Assembly (NCBI GenBank): GCA_963615835.1
Contig: CAVEIF010000001.1
Coordinates: forward strand, 7,466-71,465
Length of the DNA: 64,000 nucleotides
Direction: 5' to 3'
From: Coprococcus eutactus
GTDB taxonomy: Bacteria; Bacteroidota; Bacteroidia; Bacteroidales; UBA932
Under the pieces are notes generated by a model that saw only the letters and a list, made by a program, of their open reading frames with translations, made no database searches and was not told the DNA's origin. Made by a program: the position numbers and the translations under genes. The stretch's first letter is position 1, and each line of letters opens with the position of its first letter. Below, in pieces: positions 55,982 through 64,000 of the stretch.

Positions 55982-56977
55982 ATGGCAATTACAGCAGCAG
56001 ACGTAATGAAGTTGCGCAAGATGACTTCAGCAGGTATGATGGATTGCAAGAAAGCCCTCGAAGAAGCTGAAGGCGACTTCAACAAGGCTATTGGCATAAT
56101 CCGTGAGAAAGGTAAGCTTGTGGCAGCCAAGAGAGCTGACCGCGAGACTTCCGAGGGTGCCGTCAAATCGCGCATCGCTGACGGAAAGGCTATTCTTGTA
56201 TGTCTTGGTTGCGAGACGGACTTCGTATCCCGTAACGCGGATTTCCAGAACCTTGCAGAGGCTATCGCAGACGTGGCTATCGCCAACACTCCTGCAGATA
56301 TTGAAGGCCTTAAGGCTTGTAAGATGGCCGATGGCTACACTGTAGAGGAAGCAGTTGAGGCTCAGACCGGCAAGACCGGTGAGAAGCACGTGCTTTGCTA
56401 CTATGCCATCGTAGAAGCTCCTTATGTGGCCGCTTATGTGCATACTCTTAACGGTAAACTCGGCGCTTTGGTCGGCTTCAACAAGGAGATTGACTCCGAG
56501 CTTGCAAAGGGTATCGTAATGCAGGTGGCTTCCATGAATCCGGTAGCCATCAGCGCGGCGGACTGCCCTAAGGAGGTGGTTGATAACGAGCTTACGGTAG
56601 CGGTTCAGAAGACACGCGAGGAGATGGTTCTCAAAGCTGTCGAGGCTGCACTCAAGAAGGCCGGCATCAACCCTGCACACGTGGACAGCGAAGATCATAT
56701 CGAGTCTAACACCGCCAAGGGTTGGCTTACTCCTGAACAGGCAGAGCAGGCTCGTGAGATCATCAAGACCGTGTCAGCGGAGAAATCAGCTAACCTTAAC
56801 GAGCAGATGATACAGAACATCGCTAACGGACGTCTTCAGAAGTTCTTCAAAGAGCAGACTCTCGAGGAGCAGGAGTATCAGATGAGCGATGATCACATCA
56901 GCGTAAAAGATGCTCTCGCTAAGGCGGACAAAGAGGCTAAGATAGTCGCTTTCAAGCGTTTCTCTCTTTCAGACTAA
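55982..56977 (+). CDS. tsf: Translation elongation factor Ts
   Basis: 'LRKMT.AGMMDCKKAL', 'ETDFV', 'ASMNP'. Confidence 0.99.
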   Translation: MAITAADVMKLRKMTSAGMMDCKKALEEAEGDFNKAIGIIREKGKLVAAKRADRETSEGAVKSRIADGKAILVCLGCETDFVSRNADFQNLAEAIADVAIANTPADIEGLKACKMADGYTVEEAVEAQTGKTGEKHVLCYYAIVEAPYVAAYVHTLNGKLGALVGFNKEIDSELAKGIVMQVASMNPVAISAADCPKEVVDNELTVAVQKTREEMVLKAVEAALKKAGINPAHVDSEDHIESNTAKGWLTPEQAEQAREIIKTVSAEKSANLNEQMIQNIANGRLQKFFKEQTLEEQEYQMSDDHISVKDALAKADKEAKIVAFKRFSLSD

Positions 56978-56998
56978 ACTCTACGAGTAGATATGCAT

Positions 56999-57038
56999 AA
57001 GAGACTGGACAAAGATACTTGTCCGGTCTCTTTGTTTT
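56999..57038 (+). terminator. Intrinsic terminator after tsf
   Basis: AAGAGACTGGACAA-agatac-TTGTCCGGTCTCTT stem followed by TGTTTT. Confidence 0.85.
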
Positions 57039-57142
57039 ACTCCTCTATTTTACTAACTTCACCGCCGGCGACCTCACTTTCGTGGCGCGAAGCGGCCGAG
57101 GGGATTTGGAGGGCGCTTTCATAGAAGAAGGAAAGACAGAAG

Positions 57143-58582
57143 ATGAATCTGAAGTCATTGGCCAAGGATACGGCCATATATGGGCTGAGCAGCATCGTGG
57201 GTAGATTTTTGAACTATCTGCTTGTTCCGCTTTATACCTATAAGATAGCTGCCGGAAGCGGGGGTTATGGGATGGTTACGAACCTTTATGCTTATTCGGC
57301 CCTGCTTTTGTGTCTTCTGACTTTCGGGATGGAGACCACGTTTTTCCGTTTCAGTGCCAAGGATGGAGAGAATCCACGTATGGTTTATTCCACGGCTCTT
57401 CGGTTGGTAAGCGGAGTGTCTGCTGTTTTCCTGGCGCTGGTGCTGTGCTTTCTTCCGCAGATAAGTTCTGCGATGGGCTATCCGGAGCACCCGGAGTATA
57501 TAGCATGTTTTGCCCTCATCGCTGTGATGGACGCCGTGCAGGCCATTATGTTCAGCCGGCTCAGGCAGTCGCACCGCCCCATGAAGTTCATGGCTCTGAA
57601 GATGACATTCATCGTCCTGAACATAGTTCTAAACCTGTTCATTTTCCTCGTAATGCCTTCCATCGGCGCCTTGCAGGGTCTTTATCACAGGCTCGATGAC
57701 GGCGTCGGCCTTATTTTTCTTGCCAATCTTCTTTGTACATTTATCGTCGGACTGCTTTTCATCCCCGAATTCAAGAATATCGCCTACGGCTTCGACCCCA
57801 CGCTTGCCCGCAGGATGCTGAAGTATTCATTCCCCTTACTGCTGCTTTCTCTGGTAGGTATTCTTAATCAGGTGGCTGACAAGATCTTGTTTCCTTATCT
57901 GCTCCCCGGTCACGATGGACAGGTGCAGCTCGGCATATATGGCGCCTGCGTTAAACTGGCCATGATTATGGCGCTTTTTACCCAGGCCTTCCGCTACGCC
58001 TACGAACCTCTGGTGTTTAACGCCCGCAGCGACGCGGACAAGACGGAAAGTCTCTCTGAGGGCACCGGATATTTCATCATCTTCTCTCTTTTTGCTTGGC
58101 TTGCGGTGATGTTTTATATGCCAATCCTGCGCTATTTCATACAGCCGGGATATTGGGAGGGACTGAAGGTGGTGCCGGTGGTGATGATGGCGGAGATTTT
58201 CATGGGCGTGTACTTTAACCTGTCCTTTTGGTATAAACTTTCGGATCGTACGTGGTGGGGAGCGGCCATGAGTGCCGCGGGAGCAGCGGTGATGATAGCT
58301 GTAAATGTCGTTTTTGTCCCCCGTTACGGTTACGTGGCCTGCGCTTGGGGAGGATTTGCGGGTTATGGGACCGCTATGATTTTGAGCTATTTCCTGGGCC
58401 GGAAATATTACCCTGTGCCTTATGACCTTAAAAAGACGGGCTTTTTCGTTCTCTGCGCGGCAGCCCTTTATGCTTTTTACGCGCTGGCATTGAACGGACT
58501 CTGCATAGGAGTGAGACTGTCAGCGGCCACGCTGCTTCTCGGGATATATGTATATTTGATAATTAAAGAAATAAAAAAATGA
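57143..58582 (+). CDS. Polysaccharide biosynthesis protein / Wzx-like flippase (MOP superfamily)
   Basis: 'LAKDTAIYGLSSIVGRFLNYLLVPLYT', 'GMET.FFRF', 'QAFRYAYEP'; many TM segments. Confidence 0.9.
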   Translation: MNLKSLAKDTAIYGLSSIVGRFLNYLLVPLYTYKIAAGSGGYGMVTNLYAYSALLLCLLTFGMETTFFRFSAKDGENPRMVYSTALRLVSGVSAVFLALVLCFLPQISSAMGYPEHPEYIACFALIAVMDAVQAIMFSRLRQSHRPMKFMALKMTFIVLNIVLNLFIFLVMPSIGALQGLYHRLDDGVGLIFLANLLCTFIVGLLFIPEFKNIAYGFDPTLARRMLKYSFPLLLLSLVGILNQVADKILFPYLLPGHDGQVQLGIYGACVKLAMIMALFTQAFRYAYEPLVFNARSDADKTESLSEGTGYFIIFSLFAWLAVMFYMPILRYFIQPGYWEGLKVVPVVMMAEIFMGVYFNLSFWYKLSDRTWWGAAMSAAGAAVMIAVNVVFVPRYGYVACAWGGFAGYGTAMILSYFLGRKYYPVPYDLKKTGFFVLCAAALYAFYALALNGLCIGVRLSAATLLLGIYVYLIIKEIKK

Positions 58583-59247
58583 AAAGATTTATGGCAGTAT
58601 TTGCACTTGGACTGGGTCTTCTCGCATCTTGCGGACAGGGGCCCAAAGGGAAGAAACAGGCGGCGGCCCAGGCGGCGGAGGACTCTCTTGCCGCGGTCGC
58701 GCAGGAGATGAAGATCAACGAAAAGATAGCCGCTCTTCCTGCGGAACCGGAGTTCGACATCATCACCACGCTTGGCACTATCCGCGTAAAACTTTATTCC
58801 AATACACCTAAACACAGGGAGAATTTCGCACGCCTTGCTTTCGAAGGCTACTACGACGGCATTCTTTTTCATAGGGTTATAAACGGGTTTATGATACAGG
58901 CGGGAGACCCTCTTTCTAAAGACGAATCTGCAAAGGCGTCGTGGGGAACGGGAGGTCCGGGATATACTGTTCCGGCGGAGATAATCCCTGAAAACAAGCA
59001 TCTTAAAGGTGCTCTTGCAGCTGCCCGCCGTGGGGACAGAGCCAATCCTCTCCGTGAATCCAGCGGTTCACAGTTCTATATCGTTCAGGAGGCCAGGACT
59101 TGCGCTCAGCTTGACGGCCAATATACCGTTTTCGGGCAGACCGTTTCCGGACTTGACGTGATAGACAAGATAGCTTCTGTCGAGACCGATGAAAGAGACC
59201 GTCCGCTTTCACCGGTGAAGATAGTTACAGTGAAATTGGCCGAGTAA
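58579..59247 (+). CDS. Cyclophilin-type peptidyl-prolyl isomerase, lipoprotein
   Basis: Lipobox LASC; 'FHRVI.GFMIQ.GDP', 'SSGSQFYI', 'LDGQYTVFG'. Confidence 0.95.
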   Translation: MKRFMAVFALGLGLLASCGQGPKGKKQAAAQAAEDSLAAVAQEMKINEKIAALPAEPEFDIITTLGTIRVKLYSNTPKHRENFARLAFEGYYDGILFHRVINGFMIQAGDPLSKDESAKASWGTGGPGYTVPAEIIPENKHLKGALAAARRGDRANPLRESSGSQFYIVQEARTCAQLDGQYTVFGQTVSGLDVIDKIASVETDERDRPLSPVKIVTVKLAE

Positions 59248-60209
59248 TGCAGTATATTGCGCTCACATCCACTGATCCTTGTTATAATATGGCTTTCGAA
59301 TACTGGGCTTTGAGAAATCTGCCCAAAGGCGAAAGCTATTTTTATCTCTGGCGTAACCGTCCGTCGGTAATTATAGGGGAAAATCAGAACCCATATACGG
59401 AGGTTAATCTCAAGTTTCTGTCGGATAATGGGATAACCCTTGCGCGGCGGACTACCGGAGGAGGTGCCGTGTATCATGACCTGCGTAACCTCAACTATTC
59501 TTTCATAGGGGAGGATGTGAGCGTGGAACCTATAGTGCAGATGCTTCGTTCGCTGGGTGTTCCTGCGGAAAGGACGGGGCGGAACGATATCTTCGTGGAA
59601 GGGCGCAAAGTGTCCGGATATGCGAGGCGCTTCGAGTGCGACAGGTGGCTCGTTCACGGCACACTCCTTTATGATGTGGATCTCGACACTCTCCGGAAGG
59701 CTCTTGACACCCCTCATGGTAAACTTTCGCGAAAGGGCGTGAAGTCCGTAAAGAGCGCGGTGGCTAATCTCAGGGACTATCTTCCGCAGATAAGCGGCGT
59801 AGATGAATTTCGGGGCAGGATTCTCGACTATTTCGCTCCCATGGACGAATATGTCCTTAATGACAGCCAATCAGCTCGGATAGAAGAACTCAATGCTTAT
59901 AAATTTTCTTCGGCGCAGTGGATTTACGGCAGGTTTCCGGAAGAGTCATTGATGCGAGAAAAGCATCTTGCCTGCGGCACGGTGCAGGCGTGTGTGGATT
60001 TGTCGGACGGGAAGATAAGTTCCATTCTTTTTCGAGGCGATTTCATAGGCGCTAAAGACACAGGCCCTTTATCAGAAAATCTTCGAGGGGTGCAATATTC
60101 GCCCGAAGCAGTCCGCCATGTGCTTGAAAAGGAAAGAGTCGAAGATTACTTCGACTCCGTCTCCCTGGACCAGCTGGTCTCTTTGATTATCTCCGACACG
60201 CTCGGGTGA
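59247..60209 (+). CDS. lplA: Lipoate--protein ligase
   Basis: 'RRTTGGGAVYHD', 'RND....RKVSG', 'HGTLL', 'KGVKSV'. Confidence 0.93.
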   Translation: MQYIALTSTDPCYNMAFEYWALRNLPKGESYFYLWRNRPSVIIGENQNPYTEVNLKFLSDNGITLARRTTGGGAVYHDLRNLNYSFIGEDVSVEPIVQMLRSLGVPAERTGRNDIFVEGRKVSGYARRFECDRWLVHGTLLYDVDLDTLRKALDTPHGKLSRKGVKSVKSAVANLRDYLPQISGVDEFRGRILDYFAPMDEYVLNDSQSARIEELNAYKFSSAQWIYGRFPEESLMREKHLACGTVQACVDLSDGKISSILFRGDFIGAKDTGPLSENLRGVQYSPEAVRHVLEKERVEDYFDSVSLDQLVSLIISDTLG

Positions 60210-61483
60210 GGGAACATTATCTTGCGCAGGTCTTTAAGGGTCATGTCGTTTTCTATCGCCAGACACCCCTGTGCTATCATCTCCGATGCCGGTCCTCCAA
60301 GTATCTGGATGCCAAGGACTTTCTCGTCGTTTCTGCGGCAGAGTATCTTACACTTCCCGTTCTCTCTTTCCGTCTCGGCGACGAACCGTCCCGAATAGGT
60401 AAGCGGCAGAGCGTGAACCGCGTATTCAATCCCCATGGCTTGCGCCTGTTTCTCCGTAAGCCCTACGGATGCTATCTCAGGCTTGCAGTAAACCACACTC
60501 GGCACTGCGCGGTAAGACATTTTGTCATCTACTTCCAGAAGGTCGTTTACAGCCACTTCGGCCTCTCTGCTGGCACAATGCGCGAGCATATATTGGCCCG
60601 TAATGTCTCCCGCCGCCCATACGCCCGGCACACCGGTGCGCATTTTTTCATCTGCGTCTATGGCTCCTTTCGCAGATGGCCTAAGTCCTATGTTTTCTAT
60701 TCCGAAGCCTTCGGTATTGGGTTTTCTCCCTATGCACAGAAGTATCTTTTCGGCCTTTAGAACTTCTTTTTTCCCCGCTTCGTCTCCGTTCAGGAAGAAT
60801 TTGATGCCCTGCTTTGTGAGCGTCTCCTGAAGAGATGCGGCCATGTCGCCGTCGAAAGGCCCTAGAATCTGTCCGGTGAGTTCGTACACGGCAACATCGC
60901 TGCCGAGAGCATGAAAAAGGCTTGCGAACTCTATCCCTATGACCCCTCCGCCTATGATGGCAAGGCTCTCAGGGACTTCCTGCAGATCAAGCGCTTCCGT
61001 GCTCGTCATGAGCTTGTCTTCTGCGCCTTTAAGCCAATCAATCTCCGGCCTGAACGCGTGGCTTCCGGTGCAGAGAAGAAGGTTCTCCGCGTGGAATTCC
61101 TGTCCGTCCGCCTCCAAAGTGAAATCGCCCCGCTCTCCTCCTAGAATCTTTGCCCGCGCCTTGACGGTTTCTACTCCGAGGCTTCGCATGGACGAGCGTA
61201 TGGCTCCGACCAACTTCTTTGTGACTTTATCTTTTCTTGACAGAAATTTACTGTAATCGAAACTTACCGTCTCTGTCAAGATGCCGAATTTGTCGCTGTC
61301 GCGGCTTTGCGACAGCATTTTGGCACTATAAAGCAAGGTCTTGGTAGGAATGCACCCTTCGTTGAGGCAGACTCCGCCCAATTCCCTTTCTTCGAATAAG
61401 ATAACTTTAAGTCCGGCTTCAGCGGCCCTTTGTGCCGCCACGTATCCGGCAGGTCCTGCACCCAAAATAGCGAGGTTAAACAT
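60146..61483 (-). CDS. lpdA: Dihydrolipoyl dehydrogenase
   Basis: 'GAGPAGY', redox disulfide 'GGVCLNEGCIPTK', 'GGGVIG.E', 'HPSVSE'. Confidence 0.95.
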   Translation of the reverse strand: MFNLAILGAGPAGYVAAQRAAEAGLKVILFEERELGGVCLNEGCIPTKTLLYSAKMLSQSRDSDKFGILTETVSFDYSKFLSRKDKVTKKLVGAIRSSMRSLGVETVKARAKILGGERGDFTLEADGQEFHAENLLLCTGSHAFRPEIDWLKGAEDKLMTSTEALDLQEVPESLAIIGGGVIGIEFASLFHALGSDVAVYELTGQILGPFDGDMAASLQETLTKQGIKFFLNGDEAGKKEVLKAEKILLCIGRKPNTEGFGIENIGLRPSAKGAIDADEKMRTGVPGVWAAGDITGQYMLAHCASREAEVAVNDLLEVDDKMSYRAVPSVVYCKPEIASVGLTEKQAQAMGIEYAVHALPLTYSGRFVAETERENGKCKILCRRNDEKVLGIQILGGPASEMIAQGCLAIENDMTLKDLRKIMFPHPSVSEIIKETSWSRETESK

Positions 61484-61521
61484 AAAAAAGTATAAAATTT
61501 ACCCTGTTTTGTATGAGTTTG

Positions 61522-61536
61522 TGGCACGGGTATTGT
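61522..61536 (+). promoter_or_regulatory. Sigma54-like -24/-12 promoter
   Basis: TGGCACGGGTATTGT versus consensus TGGCACGnnnnTTGC: correct spacing, one mismatch. Confidence 0.6.
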
Positions 61537-61547
61537 AATAACAATAA

Positions 61548-61625
61548 CCGAATAGTTTTTTCATAGGTTAAATTTTAGGTTAGAAGGAAAGGGCAGCGTC
61601 GTGATGATGCGGCCCTTTCTGATTC
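61548..61625 (+). ncRNA. Candidate trans-acting small RNA (possibly GibS-like)
   Basis: Sigma54-like promoter, unstructured TTTTTTCATAGGTTAAATTTTAGGTTAG segment, terminal GC-rich hairpin; ends are estimated. Confidence 0.5.
61587..61619. terminator. Hairpin, probably terminating both the GH20 gene (-) and the candidate sRNA (+)
   Basis: GAAAGGGC-A-GCGTC-gtgat-GATGC-G-GCCCTTTC. Confidence 0.7.
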
Positions 61626-61628
61626 TAT

Positions 61629-63269
61629 CTACTCCTCCGTAAAACCGGGCTTGTTACGGTAGTTGAATCCGCGGAGATCAAGCATCCGGAAACCCCAGTT
61701 TTGAACTCTTTCGCAGAACTTTTCGTAATTCTTGTTCAAAGGCTCGCTCCACTGAACTTCACTGAGAGAGAAGAGACGTGGCATAAGCATATATTCCAGC
61801 TGTTCGTTTGAAGGGATGTACTCTGTCCATACGTTGCACTGTGCTCCGAGGATATGGCTTGCCGCTTCTTTTGAAAGGCCTTCTGTAGGATTGAAGGAAT
61901 AAACTTTCTTGAATGTCAAATCTCCCCAGAATGCGCAGACAGGCTCGTCGCTTTCCTGTTTGAGAGGTGATTGGCAATAATCGAAGTAACAATACGTGGT
62001 AGGGGTCATTATCACGTCAAATCCGCGGTTTGAAGCTTTGATGCCTCCCGTTGTCCCTCTCCAAGACATGATCGTGGCTCCTTTTTCCAAGTCTCCTTCC
62101 AGAATTTCGTCCCAGCCTATGATTTTCTTGCCCTTGCTTTCAAGGAACTTCTGTACGCGTGAGGTTACATAGTTCTGAAGTCTCTGTTCAGCGCTGGCAT
62201 GTTCGTCGTCCTTGAGTCCGAGTTCGTGGATTCTGGCCTGACAGTCAGGACATTTCTCCCAGTTGGTCTTAGGGCATTCGTCGCCTCCTATATGGAAGTA
62301 TTCATATGGAAATATCTCACAGAGTTCACCCAGGACGCCTTCGAGGAATTGGAAGGTTACTTCCTTGCCGGGGCACAGCACTTCAGGGGATACGCCCCAT
62401 TTATACCATACTTCATAAGGCCCTCCGAAACATCCGAGTTCAGGATAAGAGGCGAGCGCCGCCACCATGTGGCCCGGCAGATCCACTTCAGGGATGACTT
62501 CTATGCCCAATTTGCTGGCATAGGCGACGACTTCCTTCATCTGCTCCTGTGTGTAGTATCCGCCGTAGCGTATGTTGTCCGACGGGCCGTCATAGTATCC
62601 CACCATGGTGCCGCTGCGGTATGCTCCCACTTCGGTAAGGCGAGGATAGGATTTGATTTCGGCTCTCCATCCCTGGTCTTCGGTCAGATGCCAATGGAAC
62701 CTGTTCAGCTTGAGCGTGGCCATCATGTCGAGCACTTTCTTGACCTCATCGACACTGAAAAAGTGGCGGCAGCAGTCGAGTTCCAGTCCGCGGTAGCCGA
62801 ACCTTGGCTTGTCCTTGATTTCGCAGCACGGAAGCTCCCATTTTTTGTCTTCAGCTGCCTTGCCTCCGTAGATTTCCACCGGAAGCATCTGTTTCAGGCT
62901 CTGAATGGCATATAGGAATCCGTTGTCCGAAGAAGCTGCTATGAGAGCGCATTTCTTGCTGACGTTTATCGTATAGGCTTCATCGGTCAAGGTAGGATCC
63001 ACATAGAATACTATTCCCTTGGCATTTCCTTCGCGAACGGTCTCGGCGAGGCGGTTTGGCTTGCCTACAGGATAAATCTGTCCGGCGCACAGGGTTAATG
63101 TGCTGGAGAATTCCGTAACGGCGGCATAGGCCTTTTCGCCCATCTGCGCATCGCAGTTGATGGCGACACCTTTGAGTTTGAAGGTTCCGTCGTCTTCCCT
63201 TACGCTGAGAGGCGCAGGGATGATGTTGATGGTGCTGGCGAGCAGCATTGAAATAAATAAAAGTTTCAT
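61629..63269 (-). CDS. Beta-N-acetylhexosaminidase (GH20)
   Basis: 'PRFGYRG..LD..RHF', 'HWHLTEDQGWR', 'D.PGH', catalytic 'HIGGDE', 'WTEY', 'PR'. Confidence 0.96.
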   Translation of the reverse strand: MKLLFISMLLASTINIIPAPLSVREDDGTFKLKGVAINCDAQMGEKAYAAVTEFSSTLTLCAGQIYPVGKPNRLAETVREGNAKGIVFYVDPTLTDEAYTINVSKKCALIAASSDNGFLYAIQSLKQMLPVEIYGGKAAEDKKWELPCCEIKDKPRFGYRGLELDCCRHFFSVDEVKKVLDMMATLKLNRFHWHLTEDQGWRAEIKSYPRLTEVGAYRSGTMVGYYDGPSDNIRYGGYYTQEQMKEVVAYASKLGIEVIPEVDLPGHMVAALASYPELGCFGGPYEVWYKWGVSPEVLCPGKEVTFQFLEGVLGELCEIFPYEYFHIGGDECPKTNWEKCPDCQARIHELGLKDDEHASAEQRLQNYVTSRVQKFLESKGKKIIGWDEILEGDLEKGATIMSWRGTTGGIKASNRGFDVIMTPTTYCYFDYCQSPLKQESDEPVCAFWGDLTFKKVYSFNPTEGLSKEAASHILGAQCNVWTEYIPSNEQLEYMLMPRLFSLSEVQWSEPLNKNYEKFCERVQNWGFRMLDLRGFNYRNKPGFTEE

Positions 63270-63274
63270 ATATA

Positions 63275-63437
63275 AGAAGCTGTTTTAAAATAATTCGTCT
63301 TTTTTCTTATGGTCCTTCTCGGCCATTTTTATATTTGTCATCAGTCGAGTACGTCCAGTACACTCCTTTTTCCAAATTCGAAACTGTCTCGAAAATCCCT
63401 CATAATAAAATTCACGAACCATTTCAAAACAGCTTCT
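63275..63437. mobile_element. MITE-like element (163 bp) with 17-bp terminal inverted repeats
   Basis: Left AGAAGCTGTTTTAAAAT (63275-63291) and right ATTTCAAAACAGCTTCT (63421-63437) match 16/17; no coding capacity. Confidence 0.6.
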
Positions 63438-63474
63438 AGATGATTATTAGTTCAATAAAATGTCTTCTGTTATG

Positions 63475-64000
63475 TCAGTAGAGTAAAAGTCCCAGCACGC
63501 CCGAGGCGAGAATTACCGCTATGGGATTGGCTTTCAGAAAATATGTGCTTCCGAAAGCCCCGGCGAACAGGGCCCAGCTCTTCCAGTCGGGGAAATTCTC
63601 CTCTATGACGCTTATCTGCGGTCTTATTCCCTGCCAATCTATATGGAAAGTGAGTATGATGCATGCGGCCAGGATCATTCCGCTTACGGCAGGCTTCAGC
63701 ACGTTCATTACTCCTATGAAGCGCGGATCGTGCTGGAAATGCGTGAAAAGCTTCATCAGAAGGTAGAAAATCAGAAACGATGGCAGCACTATCGCGAATG
63801 TGGCCGTCGCGCTGCCTATAACCCCGGCCAAGTTCCCGAAGCCGGAGTCGTGCATGACCTGATAGCCTACATATGTGGCGCAGTTGATGCCAATCGGACC
63901 CGGTGTGGTCTGTGAGATGGCCGTTATGTCGGTGAACGCCGTCTCCGTGAGCCATCCGCGCACTCCCACCACCTGATTTTGTATAAGGGAGATCATGGCT
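63475..64000 (-). CDS. Short-chain chromate transporter (CHR family), 5' truncated by window edge
   Basis: 'AMISLIQ..VV...WL....F.D..AISQ.TPGPIGIN.ATYVGY', 'LPSF', 'LKPAV.G'. Confidence 0.9.
   Translation of the reverse strand, partial: AMISLIQNQVVGVRGWLTETAFTDITAISQTTPGPIGINCATYVGYQVMHDSGFGNLAGVIGSATATFAIVLPSFLIFYLLMKLFTHFQHDPRFIGVMNVLKPAVSGMILAACIILTFHIDWQGIRPQISVIEENFPDWKSWALFAGAFGSTYFLKANPIAVILASGVLGLLLY

Noticed and set aside
56620..56800. Long insertion in EF-Ts (331 aa)
   Set aside because: The 'AALKKAGINPAHVDSEDHIESN..KGW' insert is, as I recall, a common feature of Bacteroidales EF-Ts
61499..61564. 21-aa minus-strand ORF MKKLFGYCYYNTRATNSYKTG upstream of lpdA as a leader peptide
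   Set aside because: Its ideal-looking start is what the antisense of a start-codon-targeting sRNA would look like, and its body is the reverse complement of the sigma54 motif; not excluded, but less parsimonious
1..64000. CRISPR array, prophage, integrase, transposase, reverse transcriptase or defence system; tRNA-anchored island
   Set aside because: No repeat-spacer array or diagnostic protein motifs seen; both tRNAs are flanked by ordinary genes and I saw no duplicated tRNA 3' end

Overview
64 kb of a Bacteroidales chromosome. The assignment rests on a SusC/SusD pair, TAnnTTTG promoters and many lipoproteins; a Rikenellaceae/'Cryptobacteroides'-like gut lineage is my inference. Most of the window is housekeeping: mreBCD-mrdA-rodA, ispD, topA, PBP1A, an esterase-MurF-Ddl-PrmC operon, ppa, U32/RlhA, hemW, lpxK, dusB, pyrH-frr, rplM-rpsI-rpsB-tsf, a flippase, a cyclophilin, lplA/lpdA, a GH20 hexosaminidase and two tRNAs (Leu-TAA, Gly-GCC). 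The main accessory region (34.6-52.5 kb, minus strand) is a 10-gene SusC/SusD locus with no recognisable CAZyme. It encodes an intact S8 subtilisin-like lipoprotein protease and seven further surface lipoproteins (BACON, FN3-like, fimbrillin-like, Big_2 plus CLec-like), which suggests a protein/peptide capture and uptake system. Other points of interest: a candidate sigma54-driven sRNA complementary to translation start sites (61.5 kb), a MITE-like element abutting the GH20 start codon, a membrane-anchored Helicobacter/Campylobacter-type MurF module, an M16 homologue lacking its zinc motif, and an sdhC/frdC separated from its catalytic subunits. I saw no CRISPR array, transposase, integrase, reverse transcriptase or rRNA. 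All family calls come from motif recognition by eye, not database searches.
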